From a phage, in NCBI GenBank assembly GCA_014435945.1, contig GCA_014435945.1_4088.1: a stretch of DNA of 64,000 bases. One strand, 5' to 3'. The translations under genes were made by a program, and so were the position numbers. This document shows positions 25,615 through 36,144 of the stretch, one piece after another (the first letter of the stretch is position 1; each line of letters starts with the position of its first letter). Under the pieces are notes generated by a model. The model was not told the DNA's origin and ran no database searches. It saw only the letters and a list, made by a program, of their open reading frames with translations.

Positions 25615-26035
25615 TAAAGCAAAAGAACTACAGGCATATATTGAAGATATTAAGGCTGGGAAGTTCGAAGAAGTATACAAAGCCGAGAATGGTAACTACT
25701 ACAAGGATATTGATTTTGCTACAACTACAGTTATTCTTGGGTTGAATTCCAAAAGTCCCGCAGATTTTTCACAATACAATCCAGATGCAGAATTTATCAG
25801 TTATGCTTATGGTGGTGAAATCCGTTTTTATAATCGCAGTAGACCGTTAAAATTGAACTTTGAAGTACTGAAAGGTCCGTGGGATAGTGAAGAATACTAC
25901 TTTCAGAATAGTACTTTGTATGATGATGAAGTAATAGATACTTTAGTTATTATGTGGTACTTTAAAAGTATTGATAGTACAAGATTTTATTTGGATTATG
26001 AATATGTACGTGAAGTATATAAGGGTAAACGATGA
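25592..26035 (+). CDS. F2 paralog protein
   Basis: F2 module EEYYFQNSTLYDDE. Confidence 0.6.
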   Translation: MSLRSALDKAKELQAYIEDIKAGKFEEVYKAENGNYYKDIDFATTTVILGLNSKSPADFSQYNPDAEFISYAYGGEIRFYNRSRPLKLNFEVLKGPWDSEEYYFQNSTLYDDEVIDTLVIMWYFKSIDSTRFYLDYEYVREVYKGKR

Positions 26036-26346
26036 AATTCTTATACAGTATTCAGTACATTCCAGGTACAATTAGTTTAATGTATTTCTTCGATCATGAT
26101 AATTTCCAGCACCTTGCCGTTAGAAGATGTAATGAATCTTTAATGATTGAATATCTTCACGATTGTGATTATATTCCTGACTTCCTTGAATGTGATTACA
26201 GAGATGATCATGAAACATTTCTTTTTCAGGAATCACTTATATGGGATAAGAGAATTAATTTTCATGCCTTAATTGAGATACAAAAACAAGTGAAGTACTA
26301 CTGGGATTACTTAATTACCCAAGAATATATAGAGATTGAAATATAA
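26032..26346 (+). CDS. F2 paralog protein
   Basis: F2 module ETFLFQESLIWD then LIEIQKQVKYY. Confidence 0.6.
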   Translation: MKFLYSIQYIPGTISLMYFFDHDNFQHLAVRRCNESLMIEYLHDCDYIPDFLECDYRDDHETFLFQESLIWDKRINFHALIEIQKQVKYYWDYLITQEYIEIEI

Positions 26347-26789
26347 TGTACGAAAGTGATCTTAAGCACGCTGAGGAATTAGTTAATATAGTAAAGTTCT
26401 TTCAAAATAATGTAAAGTACTTAGACGACAAAGGGGCATATATTAGTACTATAAGTGTTGGTACAGATATTCTAGGATTAGGTAATGAATATAAGTACGA
26501 GTCCCATGATTATGATTTGGAATTCAAGTACTTCGAATGGAATTCTGGAACTTTCTATTCAATCGATGAAAGTGGGGGATACATTGAATTCACAGAAGAA
26601 GAAGTACTATTCTTAAATTCAGAATATGCTTACTTCCAGTACAGTACTATATACCCAAATAGTGCATTAAGAGCTTTAGTAGTTTTTAATGCATTTCTGA
26701 AAGAGAACTTTAATAATTCTATATTCATTGATTTAAATTATGTATATGAACTAAATCAGGTGATATATATGGAGTCCAGAAAAAAATGA
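26346..26789 (+). CDS. F2 paralog protein
   Basis: F2 module YAYFQYSTIYPN. Confidence 0.6.
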   Translation: MYESDLKHAEELVNIVKFFQNNVKYLDDKGAYISTISVGTDILGLGNEYKYESHDYDLEFKYFEWNSGTFYSIDESGGYIEFTEEEVLFLNSEYAYFQYSTIYPNSALRALVVFNAFLKENFNNSIFIDLNYVYELNQVIYMESRKK

Positions 26790-27232
26790 GTTACGAAAGT
26801 GCAATCAAGAAAGCAAATGATATTCTAAAAGTTGTTAAGTTCTTCAAAGAAAATCCTGAATACGTAGATGATGAACGAAGAGAAGTTTCTAATGGCACGA
26901 AGATTACAATTGATTCTTTATTTGACACTAGCAACAACAACTGTAGTACTATTGAATTAGCATACGATTATATTTCATTGAACAGAAAATATGATGAAGT
27001 TACGATAGAGCGTCATGAGAATGAAGAATCTTTTAAAATTTCTGATATTTTATCTCTGAGTACAGAAGAAGGGTACTTCCAGGGAAGTACTGTTTATAAT
27101 GAAGGAACACTAGACAATCTATGTACATTTAGTGTACTATATCAGAAGTCAGTACTGGATATATTTTATCTAGACACTGAAAAACTTGATAGGTTAGTTG
27201 ATTTCGTTACTATAGAAGAGGCATCCGTTTGA
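26786..27232 (+). CDS. F2 paralog protein
   Basis: F2 module EGYFQGSTVYNEG. Confidence 0.6.
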   Translation: MSYESAIKKANDILKVVKFFKENPEYVDDERREVSNGTKITIDSLFDTSNNNCSTIELAYDYISLNRKYDEVTIERHENEESFKISDILSLSTEEGYFQGSTVYNEGTLDNLCTFSVLYQKSVLDIFYLDTEKLDRLVDFVTIEEASV

Positions 27233-27762
27233 GAAAAATTAACATTAATGATTATGATGCATTACAAGATTTATCAAAAAAGATTCGCACTATCGTACCA
27301 GTACTGAAAAAATGCAGTACTGGATTAATTGATCCTAGTACAGTTATTAGTGAGAAGTACGATTTCCATAAACTGTTACAAGGGAATGGTGCATTCCAGA
27401 AGTGTGAGATACGTGAGAAACACGTCATTGATACATCATTGCTTTCAATTGGTTCAGCCGTTCATAAGAATGTTGTATACCTTGAATCCAGATCTGAAAC
27501 TATTCGACAGATGACTTTTAAGAAAAAGTGTACTGAAATTGACGTGTACACTATGATATGGGGTTATCCAGAGTTATATCGTACTATTAATATTCCTAAG
27601 TACAATTACAATTCATTTGAAGAACAGTGCTTTCAACTATCTTGTACTGATCCTGACTATGCTATTATTCAGTTCTATATGGAATTACAGATGGCATTTA
27701 ACAGTAATTTAAATATCAATTTATTAAAGGTTGATTTCGATGAAGTATTCAAAAACATTTAA
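27229..27762 (+). CDS. F2 paralog protein
   Basis: F2 module EQCFQLSCTD; apparent TTG start overlapping upstream stop. Confidence 0.45.
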   Translation: MRKININDYDALQDLSKKIRTIVPVLKKCSTGLIDPSTVISEKYDFHKLLQGNGAFQKCEIREKHVIDTSLLSIGSAVHKNVVYLESRSETIRQMTFKKKCTEIDVYTMIWGYPELYRTINIPKYNYNSFEEQCFQLSCTDPDYAIIQFYMELQMAFNSNLNINLLKVDFDEVFKNI

Positions 27763-27958
27763 TCGAATTGAATACATGAGAACTGTGAGTGCAGTGTGGG
27801 ACATATGGTTCACTACTAAACCAAAAATGGATTACCATGACTTTAAGCTATTGTTTTTCGTTGGCTCTAACAAACAGGATGTTGCAATGAAGGGTTATAT
27901 TCAGCACTTACAGGAACTAATACAGAAGAGGGTTTATGAAAATAATAAACCAAGATGA
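27731..27958 (+). CDS. F1-like small protein
   Basis: F1-like motif FVGSNKQDVAM inside the F2 array. Confidence 0.55.
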   Translation: MISMKYSKTFNRIEYMRTVSAVWDIWFTTKPKMDYHDFKLLFFVGSNKQDVAMKGYIQHLQELIQKRVYENNKPR

Positions 27959-28127
27959 TATTGCTAAACTATTCAATATATATTCTTCTAAAATGATGCA
28001 AACCGACTCATATAGTACTGAATTCAAAGAATTAAAAGTACTGATGTATTTGGGCACACAGTATCAGGAACAAGTTGTTAAAGAATATATTGATTCTTTA
28101 CAGAAGGATATCCGTTATGTACAATGA
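27936..28127 (+). CDS. F1-like small protein
   Basis: F1 motif YLGTQYQEQVV. Confidence 0.55.
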   Translation: MKIINQDDIAKLFNIYSSKMMQTDSYSTEFKELKVLMYLGTQYQEQVVKEYIDSLQKDIRYVQ

Positions 28128-28671
28128 ACTTGACTTGGCATTTGAGCGTGTAAAAATCTTCATTGAAACTTATCTTATGCATGAAACTATACTGAAAACA
28201 AAAGGAATATGGTTCACTGATAAATTTCTTACTCTAGCTATGAGAGGTGGAATGAAACATCTGTACTGCACAGATAATGCAAGAATTTCAGTACTGAATT
28301 ATGATGAAAGTGTAGCATCCAGTACCAGTTTAATTTCTACATACAATGATAATGTTATTAGTATTATGTGCAATATGAATGTCCCATCTATTTCTGTATA
28401 TAAAAACTGTGATAGTTCATTGGAGTACAAGATTGAGCAGTACTTATATCCTAACACAGAAGAAAACATCTTTCAAAATAGTCTTATGTGGGATGATACA
28501 TCTACTAAGTGCATATATCTTTATAATAAATTAAAAGAGTACATTGTTGATAGTTCAATTAGTACTGCTGTATTCAGTGTTACTGTTTTTAATGATAATC
28601 GTGAAGATATGAGTTATTACAGAGACATTGTAAGAATACATGCAATGTATAAGGATCTACTATGTTATTAA
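28117..28671 (+). CDS. F2 paralog protein
   Basis: F2 module ENIFQNSLMWDD; ATG 28117 after AAGGA (track 28075). Confidence 0.55.
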   Translation: MYNELDLAFERVKIFIETYLMHETILKTKGIWFTDKFLTLAMRGGMKHLYCTDNARISVLNYDESVASSTSLISTYNDNVISIMCNMNVPSISVYKNCDSSLEYKIEQYLYPNTEENIFQNSLMWDDTSTKCIYLYNKLKEYIVDSSISTAVFSVTVFNDNREDMSYYRDIVRIHAMYKDLLCY

Positions 28672-29264
28672 ATGTAAATAAATGTTGTAGTACTGAGGTT
28701 CATTTGTATTTTAAGAAATTAGTAAATGATATTATCTATATGCAAGAAATCATTTATCACAAAAGAATGGACTTAGAAAAAGCATTAGTTCAGTTCTCTT
28801 TTAATCTCGATGGTGATATATCGTTAGATGGTGATGGATTGCGTATAGCATTTGACGGTAATACAAATAGGGTTTTCTTTTGGATAGATAATAAATTATG
28901 TTCATCAATATGTCGTACTTTTTATAACCCTATTTCGGACTTATATCAATTGGTGTATTCTAAAGGTGCAGTTGAAGCATCATACGGTGATAGCTTTGCA
29001 CTAGGGAAGAGTATCCCATATATGCAATCATTTGATATTGAATTAGTCAGTACTGATGAAGATGCGATGTTCACAAATGATATAACAATGCAGCGTGAAT
29101 CTGCAATGAGATATATTACAAATTCTATGCATACATTCTTCGAAAGAACAGAATTTGATAATGTGTATATAGCAAATGTAAATATTTTTACTGACCTTTG
29201 TCAGTTCTTGAGAAGTATTTTTGATTTCGATGAAAGCTATTGTAAGCTTTATACTGAGGTTTAA
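28662..29264 (+). CDS. hypothetical protein, degenerate F2-like
   Basis: 200-aa ORF in array; only weak motif DAMFTNDITMQ. Confidence 0.5.
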   Translation: MLLNVNKCCSTEVHLYFKKLVNDIIYMQEIIYHKRMDLEKALVQFSFNLDGDISLDGDGLRIAFDGNTNRVFFWIDNKLCSSICRTFYNPISDLYQLVYSKGAVEASYGDSFALGKSIPYMQSFDIELVSTDEDAMFTNDITMQRESAMRYITNSMHTFFERTEFDNVYIANVNIFTDLCQFLRSIFDFDESYCKLYTEV

Positions 29265-29269
29265 ATGCC

Positions 29270-29629
29270 ATGAATACCATTAGTATTACGTACTACACAA
29301 CGAAAAAATACGTTTGTTGTTTACTTTCGTTAAAGACAAATGATGATATGTTTGAAATGGCGGCATATACATTAGAATTGTCAGAAGATGGATTTCAATG
29401 TCATGAAGCGTACTCAAATACACGTGAAGATACAATTGATACTACGCTAATGCAAGAAGATGAGTTATTTCAAGAAAGTTTAGTATGGGATAAAAAATAC
29501 TATTGTGATTTTGATTTTCTTTGTTTAATCCAGAAAGAAATGAAAAGGATCTTCGACAATTATCCGGTGAAGAGATTGAGTACTAAGCCGGAGCAGTACA
29601 GGAGAATTTTATTCCGTTATGAAGACTGA
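29270..29629 (+). CDS. F2 paralog protein
   Basis: F2 module DELFQESLVWDKKY then LCLIQKEMKR. Confidence 0.6.
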   Translation: MNTISITYYTTKKYVCCLLSLKTNDDMFEMAAYTLELSEDGFQCHEAYSNTREDTIDTTLMQEDELFQESLVWDKKYYCDFDFLCLIQKEMKRIFDNYPVKRLSTKPEQYRRILFRYED

Positions 29630-29957
29630 ATTAGTAAAAATAATGTACGCAACTCACACCAAGTTATTATTGGTTAAAATGGATTACAACAGAAAACATA
29701 ATGAATTCTGTACATTAATCCGAAATGAGGAATCATTTACATTGCGTACAAATGATAAGCCAATGCTAACTATAAATGATTTTTCATGTTTAGATACAGG
29801 TGAATTGTTCCAGGAGTCATTAGTACTGGATAGTAGTATACATTTGGAAATTGAAGTACTACAACAGTACCAGATACTTTTGAATCGTATTATGGAAAAT
29901 TATCCATGTGAAGTTGGTGGACCAATGCAATTCAAATCAAAGATGTATGAACTATGA
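29619..29957 (+). CDS. F2 paralog protein
   Basis: F2 module GELFQESLVLD. Confidence 0.6.
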   Translation: MKTELVKIMYATHTKLLLVKMDYNRKHNEFCTLIRNEESFTLRTNDKPMLTINDFSCLDTGELFQESLVLDSSIHLEIEVLQQYQILLNRIMENYPCEVGGPMQFKSKMYEL

Positions 29958-29964
29958 GGTTAGT

Positions 29965-30498
29965 ATGTTAGATAAAATAAAGAACGAGGGAACTCTATAC
30001 AATCATCTTAAGTTGGATACGTTCGAGGCAGCAATCAGTACTGCACAAGATATAATTGATATTATCAAGTACATTAAAGAAAATAAGTTAAAATGTGTGA
30101 AAACGCCAGAACGTACAATGTACAAAGATGACGACCTTCACGTATCAGTTGTTAAGCCAAAAGATAAGGATGGTAATAGAGATTTCTATAATAACAGTGG
30201 ACAGTATGAATGTGAATATGATCCCGAATTTAGAGGTGGATTCATGTGCTTCAGTAAAACAGATACTTCACATGTTGAGATACGTACATTAAAAGGTCTA
30301 GGTAGATTTGAGTTCATGGATATAGAACTAAATGAAGAAAACTACTTCCAACAATCATTACTTAATACTGAATACAATTTAGGTGTACTATTCATGTACA
30401 AGTACTTATATGAGCACTTAAATGAAGACTTCTATCTGGACTTAGAAGATTACCATTTAGTATGGAAAGAAATGGTAGAACTTCGTGAGAACTCTTGA
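29965..30498 (+). CDS. F2 paralog protein
   Basis: F2 module ENYFQQSLLNTE; ATG 29965 after GAGG (track 29908). Confidence 0.55.
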   Translation: MLDKIKNEGTLYNHLKLDTFEAAISTAQDIIDIIKYIKENKLKCVKTPERTMYKDDDLHVSVVKPKDKDGNRDFYNNSGQYECEYDPEFRGGFMCFSKTDTSHVEIRTLKGLGRFEFMDIELNEENYFQQSLLNTEYNLGVLFMYKYLYEHLNEDFYLDLEDYHLVWKEMVELRENS

Positions 30499-30524
30499 CA
30501 CCCTCCAAATCTTTGTGATATAAT
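30495..30524 (+). promoter_or_regulatory. sigma70-like promoter with extended -10
   Basis: TTGACA 30495-30500, 18-nt spacer, TGaTATAAT with hexamer 30519-30524; -10 lies in inverted repeat TGTGATATAA / TTATATCACA. Confidence 0.6.
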
Positions 30525-30557
30525 CTCTTTATATTAATTGTAAAGGGTTATATCACA

Positions 30558-31040
30558 ATGTCCAAAGACCTATCATTTAGCAATGCACAAAAAATCGCAC
30601 AAAATATCATTAAACTTCATAAGTTCCTTTTAACAGTTAAAGAGAATATAATTCTCCCACGATGCACACTTTATGCGTACAAAAATTATTTGTCAATGAA
30701 TAGCAATTTGTTGTATACTACAGATGAGAATTTCTGTGGTATTCGTGTACTTGACGATGCACCAACAGGGGATTTTATCTCATATTGTTTCCATACATCT
30801 GATAGTTTTAAGTACTATCATCCTAGATTTAATGATGATGAATATGAATATGACACATTTAATGTTAGATCAGAAGAAGAATTCTTCCAGTACAGTACTT
30901 TGTACAATGAGAGAATCGTGTTTAGTTCTACAATTTTTACAGTACTTAAAGATGAACTCAATGACGCAGATGATAGATTCTATATGGATTTAAACTTCGT
31001 AGATGAAATCATTGAGTACATGGAGAAAAATGGTCTATGA
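30558..31040 (+). CDS. F2 paralog protein
   Basis: F2 module EEFFQYSTLYNE. Confidence 0.6.
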   Translation: MSKDLSFSNAQKIAQNIIKLHKFLLTVKENIILPRCTLYAYKNYLSMNSNLLYTTDENFCGIRVLDDAPTGDFISYCFHTSDSFKYYHPRFNDDEYEYDTFNVRSEEEFFQYSTLYNERIVFSSTIFTVLKDELNDADDRFYMDLNFVDEIIEYMEKNGL

Positions 31041-31519
31041 TTACAACAGAATATGATTACGATGGTGTTTTAGAATTTGCATCTAACATTCATCGCATTG
31101 CAAAGGAGTTCAGAAGTCCCCAACCTTTCGGTGGAATGCCTTTTGGTGGAATGTTCCAATATGACCAATTCAGTTCAACCAAAGGAAGACTTGCCTTTAA
31201 AAATAATAGGGACAATCAAGTATATGCTGAGTACTTTGACGATAATGACTTTCATTACAGAGGTGAATATATTTCATATTGCCAAGGGTCCGATTTGAAG
31301 ATTAACATTGATACATTTAGAGATTCAGTGCTTATCCCTTACAATGAGTTAGTTTTCATGACTGAAGAAATGTACTTCCAAGGGTCTTGTATTCATGATG
31401 CAAAAGTACTTAATGCTATATTACTTTATGGTGCACTACTTCATCATTACAAATACAAACAACGATTCTTTTTAGATTTAGATGTATACCATAAATGCGT
31501 GGATTATTTGAATGCATAA
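31037..31519 (+). CDS. F2 paralog protein
   Basis: F2 module EEMYFQGSCIHD; ATGA overlap. Confidence 0.6.
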   Translation: MITTEYDYDGVLEFASNIHRIAKEFRSPQPFGGMPFGGMFQYDQFSSTKGRLAFKNNRDNQVYAEYFDDNDFHYRGEYISYCQGSDLKINIDTFRDSVLIPYNELVFMTEEMYFQGSCIHDAKVLNAILLYGALLHHYKYKQRFFLDLDVYHKCVDYLNA

Positions 31520-31874
31520 TACAACAACAATTCAGTACATGACGGATGGCAATGATTGCTTTGCTTCAAGATATGAATTCACCAAGAACCATTTCGTAAC
31601 CTATATCCCTGAATATAATCAGTTTTATCTACAGATTTACCAAAATGATTCATATATGAATGAGATATATTCTGAAATAAAAATCCCTGATTATAGTACT
31701 TTATCAGAAGAGGAATTGTTTCAGGAGAGCACTGTCAATACTGAAGATGTGTACGAACTAATGGAATACCAGAAGGTACTTAAATATTTCCATGAAGTTC
31801 AGGATATACAAATGGATAGTGTTAAAACGTGGAATTATAACACATACGAGGTAAATTATGTTCGAAATGATTAA
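31512..31874 (+). CDS. F2 paralog protein
   Basis: F2 module EELFQESTVNTED. Confidence 0.6.
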   Translation: MHNTTTIQYMTDGNDCFASRYEFTKNHFVTYIPEYNQFYLQIYQNDSYMNEIYSEIKIPDYSTLSEEELFQESTVNTEDVYELMEYQKVLKYFHEVQDIQMDSVKTWNYNTYEVNYVRND

Positions 31875-32271
31875 AATTATGCAACGATGCATTGTTGACC
31901 AACATGGAATATATGGATATAGTTTAAGTGCAGCTATTGACAAAAACAAAACAACCTATGTAAGCTATAATTCAGTACTTGGATTTGATATATTCATTGA
32001 TGCCAACAATAAAATCAAACAAGCCAAGGATGTATCTATAATGACCCCTGATGAGCTATTTCAGTACAGCTTAGTTCTGCCCACCTGTATTGATTTACAA
32101 CGCCTAGGAGCTATACAGAAGGTTTTACGCGAACATAAAGTACAACCAAATAAAATTACACACATTCCAGAAACATTCTACAAACCCATAGAAGTAGAAA
32201 CACCTGATTATATGTTAAGTGATGATGAGTTCTACAAGAAACACTTCCCTGGTAAAGTTTGGAGAGACTAA
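31858..32271 (+). CDS. F2 paralog protein
   Basis: F2 module DELFQYSLVLP. Confidence 0.6.
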   Translation: MFEMIKIMQRCIVDQHGIYGYSLSAAIDKNKTTYVSYNSVLGFDIFIDANNKIKQAKDVSIMTPDELFQYSLVLPTCIDLQRLGAIQKVLREHKVQPNKITHIPETFYKPIEVETPDYMLSDDEFYKKHFPGKVWRD

Positions 32272-32753
32272 TGAACCGAAAGTACAGAGAAACTATGAAG
32301 TTCGCTAAGGAGTGTTTAGAGACAGTTGATTTCATTTTCGATAACAAAGACTCATTGGGTCGCCACTTCGTAATTACAAAGAAAGAAGATAAGAGATACA
32401 AATGTCAACGATTAGGATACAGTATTGAGTTCTCCTTAATGATTGATGGCATGATAAACTCCTTATATGAATGTGGTAAGACTGATTACATTTCATTTAG
32501 ATCTTGGAGTGAACGTGTCATGTTCTTGACTCCAAATGGAGTTGTATATCCTTTTCTTGATGATTTATCAGAAGAAAGTTACTTTCAAAATAGTTTAATT
32601 TACACAGAAAAAGAACTCAAAATGCTATTCATTATGTCGTACTTTAAAAAGTACTGCAATTTTAAATCATTATCTTTTGAGATCTCTGCAATGAAAGTAT
32701 TCATTAAAAATGTAAAAGAATTAAAGAGGATTTACGATGTACATAGAAAATGA
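32271..32753 (+). CDS. F2 paralog protein
   Basis: F2 module ESYFQNSLIYTE; ATG 32271 at TAATG overlap (track TTG 32259). Confidence 0.6.
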   Translation: MNRKYRETMKFAKECLETVDFIFDNKDSLGRHFVITKKEDKRYKCQRLGYSIEFSLMIDGMINSLYECGKTDYISFRSWSERVMFLTPNGVVYPFLDDLSEESYFQNSLIYTEKELKMLFIMSYFKKYCNFKSLSFEISAMKVFIKNVKELKRIYDVHRK

Positions 32754-33279
32754 TAATGTAAAATGCATTGCCGACATTTGTATAAAATTAATGAAAATTT
32801 TCATTAACCCAAAATACAAGACTCGTTCTTTACGTCATAATATTGATGATCATTGTGTAATTACTATTCTAGGTAGTATGCTTGATGTAAAGTACGATGG
32901 TAAATTGTTATTCGGTGTCCGAGAAGAGAAGATAGATGATGTCTTCTTTTCTCCTAAAGATAAGTTTGAACCTTCTGATTATAAAGTAATTATTCGTGAT
33001 GATAGTATCTACATTAGTAGTGACTATTCAAATTACGTCGAACAGATATACACTGAAAATGTTGACTACAACCATGAACTACTAGATTTACCAACATCAG
33101 ACATAGATATGGAGAGAATCAAATTTTCATTATCAAATAATGAGTACTTAGGTATACAAACATATTATGCACTTCAGGGAAAGATTCCACCTGCGATGTA
33201 TATAAGAATTGAGATTGGTAATGTATTCAGTGATACGGTTATATCAATTGCTGATAAAATATTGAAGGTACAATTATGA
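32737..33279 (+). CDS. hypothetical protein, degenerate F2-like
   Basis: 180-aa ORF in array; weak motif only. Confidence 0.5.
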   Translation: MYIENDNVKCIADICIKLMKIFINPKYKTRSLRHNIDDHCVITILGSMLDVKYDGKLLFGVREEKIDDVFFSPKDKFEPSDYKVIIRDDSIYISSDYSNYVEQIYTENVDYNHELLDLPTSDIDMERIKFSLSNNEYLGIQTYYALQGKIPPAMYIRIEIGNVFSDTVISIADKILKVQL

Positions 33280-33833
33280 ATTTTACTAATTATAATTTAC
33301 ATAGACTTGAATTACGTCATTGTATTGCATTTGCAAAAACATTAATGTGCATCATTGATACACTATCATCTAAAACTTTTCGAAAGGATAATGATTTATG
33401 CCTTAAAAAAGGTAAAGTACAAAAATACGATTATACAGATGAAACGTATTTTGATATCTTTTTGGGAACAAATGATAGTACAAGAGTAGGATGTTTGGGA
33501 ACAGTTGGGACACATTGCTTTACATGGAATCCAAATTCAAGTACAGTACGAATTGACACCAACGATACATGTTATGCTGACCTTAGTACTGAATCTGATT
33601 TAGAATCAGTTATGTTCCAACACATGTTAATCCATAAACCAAATGAAATTCTTTATCTTGTTGCTTTTAGTTATCTCTTACAAAATTATAAATCAGGTTT
33701 TACTATTGAAACTGATATCGATGAGATTATGGATGAGATTCCTAGTTTAAAAGATATTCTTGAAGAAAAAGATTTCTATCAGGACTTTAGAGATTTATAC
33801 AACATGCACAGGGAGTTATCTGATAATGAATAA
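33276..33833 (+). CDS. F2 paralog protein
   Basis: F2 module ESVMFQHMLIHKP. Confidence 0.55.
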   Translation: MNFTNYNLHRLELRHCIAFAKTLMCIIDTLSSKTFRKDNDLCLKKGKVQKYDYTDETYFDIFLGTNDSTRVGCLGTVGTHCFTWNPNSSTVRIDTNDTCYADLSTESDLESVMFQHMLIHKPNEILYLVAFSYLLQNYKSGFTIETDIDEIMDEIPSLKDILEEKDFYQDFRDLYNMHRELSDNE

Positions 33834-34344
33834 AGATGATATTCTAATCAGACTAATCAACAGTCTGTTAAATTTCGTGAATAGTGGCAGTGATACACAC
33901 AATGTAGGTGACATTGAATTCAAATCATTTGGAATGTACGGTGAGGAAAAAACATATTATGCATCAATGAAATTCCAAGATTATTATGAAATGTTAATTG
34001 CGTTAACATACGAAGATGTGGACCCAAGATGGAGTTCCAGTATTTCTCTGTCGAGAATGGTAATTCGTAGTAAACATCGTTACATTTCGTCAAAGAATAC
34101 TCCTAATTTGTTTGATATTGTTTTGAATGAAAATACCAACCCCCCATCTAAACATGATATCGTACCTTTAACTGATGAAGTACAGTTTCAATTGAGTACC
34201 ATTTGTGATGAAGATGTGATATCATGTATGAAAATTTACGAGAAGATTGGTAGTGATATCCCTAAGAACTATTACATAACAATAGATGGAACGTACCTCC
34301 GAGATGAGGCTCTAGCGTACATTGACAGCGTTTTACCAAAATAA
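33826..34344 (+). CDS. F2 paralog protein
   Basis: F2 module EVQFQLSTICDED; start at ATGAATAA overlap (track 33760). Confidence 0.55.
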   Translation: MNKDDILIRLINSLLNFVNSGSDTHNVGDIEFKSFGMYGEEKTYYASMKFQDYYEMLIALTYEDVDPRWSSSISLSRMVIRSKHRYISSKNTPNLFDIVLNENTNPPSKHDIVPLTDEVQFQLSTICDEDVISCMKIYEKIGSDIPKNYYITIDGTYLRDEALAYIDSVLPK

Positions 34345-34366
34345 AGACCCTTATGGGTCTTTTTGT
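34343..34366 (+). terminator. rho-independent terminator
   Basis: AAAGACCC-ttat-GGGTCTTT stem-loop followed by T-run. Confidence 0.65.
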
Positions 34367-34375
34367 GTTTAGTGC

Positions 34376-34404
34376 TTTACATGAGCATTCAGGTGTGTTA
34401 TAAT
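34376..34404 (+). promoter_or_regulatory. sigma70-like promoter with extended -10
   Basis: TTTACA 34376-34381, 17-nt spacer, TGtTATAAT with hexamer 34399-34404. Confidence 0.55.
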
Positions 34405-34431
34405 CGCTTTTAACAGAGTACAGGAGAAGAT

Positions 34432-34995
34432 ATGAGTACTGAATTAATTAAAGAAATCACATTGTTGGTAAAGCATTGTTTTAAGTTCATTGATGATAAT
34501 GGTTCACGCCAGTACATTAAAGTTAATGAGAAATATAACATTAACGTCCTAAAGAATGAAACCGTTAACAGTTATGCAAACATTGAGTTAGATGTTGAGG
34601 ACAAATACACAGCATTACACATCATTTCGTCCGGCGATAGAAAACAAGATTATCGTTCTACATTTTATGATGATAGTGTTACTGTTGGTTATAAATTTCA
34701 TAAAAATAAAATTGCTTATAAGAATACATACACACATGAAGTAATTGAAGAGTACAATTATAAAATTAAAAAAGACGAGTACGATGTACTTTTATTCAAT
34801 GCGAACCTCATACACAACGCTGGTACTGTTCGCAATCTTATGTTAGCATATGAAATTCCAAAGATTATAGAAAGAAATGAATTGATAATCTTTAAAACTA
34901 TATTAAAATTCAGTACAGAAGAATTAGAAGATCTAGTACTGGCTCTTAAGACGTTCATCAATGAACATGTACCTGTTAAATTAGAGGACTTATAA
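34432..34995 (+). CDS. hypothetical protein, degenerate F2-like
   Basis: ATG 34432 after CAGGAG; 187-aa ORF. Confidence 0.55.
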   Translation: MSTELIKEITLLVKHCFKFIDDNGSRQYIKVNEKYNINVLKNETVNSYANIELDVEDKYTALHIISSGDRKQDYRSTFYDDSVTVGYKFHKNKIAYKNTYTHEVIEEYNYKIKKDEYDVLLFNANLIHNAGTVRNLMLAYEIPKIIERNELIIFKTILKFSTEELEDLVLALKTFINEHVPVKLEDL

Positions 34996-35579
34996 TGCAA
35001 GCTGAACACATTCAAATTATGAAATTGATGCATGACATTGCAGAACTATCTGAAAAGCACAACATTACTGAACATGAGCCTATTGGAAATTATCGTCTTA
35101 AAGTTGAATGCAAATCACCATATCGTTTTGGTTCAGTAGTACTGGAGTCTTATAAAGTTTACGATTATGGAACGACGAAAAAAGGTTCATGGGATACTAT
35201 GGCAATGTATATCCGCACATCAAGGCATAGTGAGCAAATCGGTTCCATTACTCCAAACATGATATTTGTCAATGCTTTACACGAAGATATTAATCGAATT
35301 GTTGAATCTAATTTTGATGACGTAGAGAATGATACATATTTGGAAATTCCACCAGAACTAGATCAATGTGAAGACATTCGCGAAGGATACATTTTTCAGA
35401 GATCAGTACTTGACAACTTCAAGGAATTTGAGTACATGATGCTTTGCTATGAAACTGCAAAAGCTATTGACACTGGTGAATTGGTAATGTATAGTAAGTT
35501 CATTAACTGTGAATCCGATACATTAAAAGAGCTACACACGGCAATCAAAAACATCAAGGATACATATGAACGCTTATAG
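34995..35579 (+). CDS. F2 paralog protein
   Basis: F2 module EGYIFQRSVLDN. Confidence 0.55.
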   Translation: MQAEHIQIMKLMHDIAELSEKHNITEHEPIGNYRLKVECKSPYRFGSVVLESYKVYDYGTTKKGSWDTMAMYIRTSRHSEQIGSITPNMIFVNALHEDINRIVESNFDDVENDTYLEIPPELDQCEDIREGYIFQRSVLDNFKEFEYMMLCYETAKAIDTGELVMYSKFINCESDTLKELHTAIKNIKDTYERL

Positions 35580-36144
35580 TTATATGACAGCCCGACACCA
35601 ACAGCTATATGATATCAGTACAAAGATGCTACACATTGTTGGTAGTGCCAAAGAAATTAACAAACATTACCTCATTCGTGATGTGTCATTTTCATCTAAA
35701 TGTTTGTCCAAAGAATATTACGATCACGGTATTCTTACTATTTCTGGTGCCAGGAATATTTGTATTGTAAAAAATAATAGTAAAAGTAATGAAGAGTGCG
35801 AGATTAGATCCGATATCCAAATTAATGATGATGGAAGTTTTTCACACCATCCATTTCATATTAGTACTGTTGGTGTTTTATATAATATTAAAGTAATATT
35901 CGGTGATGAAGAGTATAAGTTAAAAGCTATCAATCCAGAATCAAGTACAGTTGATGAAGAACTGTTTCAGATGAGCACCGTTATACCTGAAGAGGTTCTT
36001 AGTACTGTTGTTTTTTGTAGTTTAATTTATCACACATACAAAAAGAACCAGTTCGATTTCCACATTTTAGGAACGTACATCTTCAATACTTTGAATGTTG
36101 ATCGTTTAAAAGCATTAAATGCAGCAATGGATAAGGTGCTATAA
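35566..36144 (+). CDS. F2 paralog protein
   Basis: F2 module EELFQMSTVIPEE. Confidence 0.6.
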   Translation: MNAYSYMTARHQQLYDISTKMLHIVGSAKEINKHYLIRDVSFSSKCLSKEYYDHGILTISGARNICIVKNNSKSNEECEIRSDIQINDDGSFSHHPFHISTVGVLYNIKVIFGDEEYKLKAINPESSTVDEELFQMSTVIPEEVLSTVVFCSLIYHTYKKNQFDFHILGTYIFNTLNVDRLKALNAAMDKVL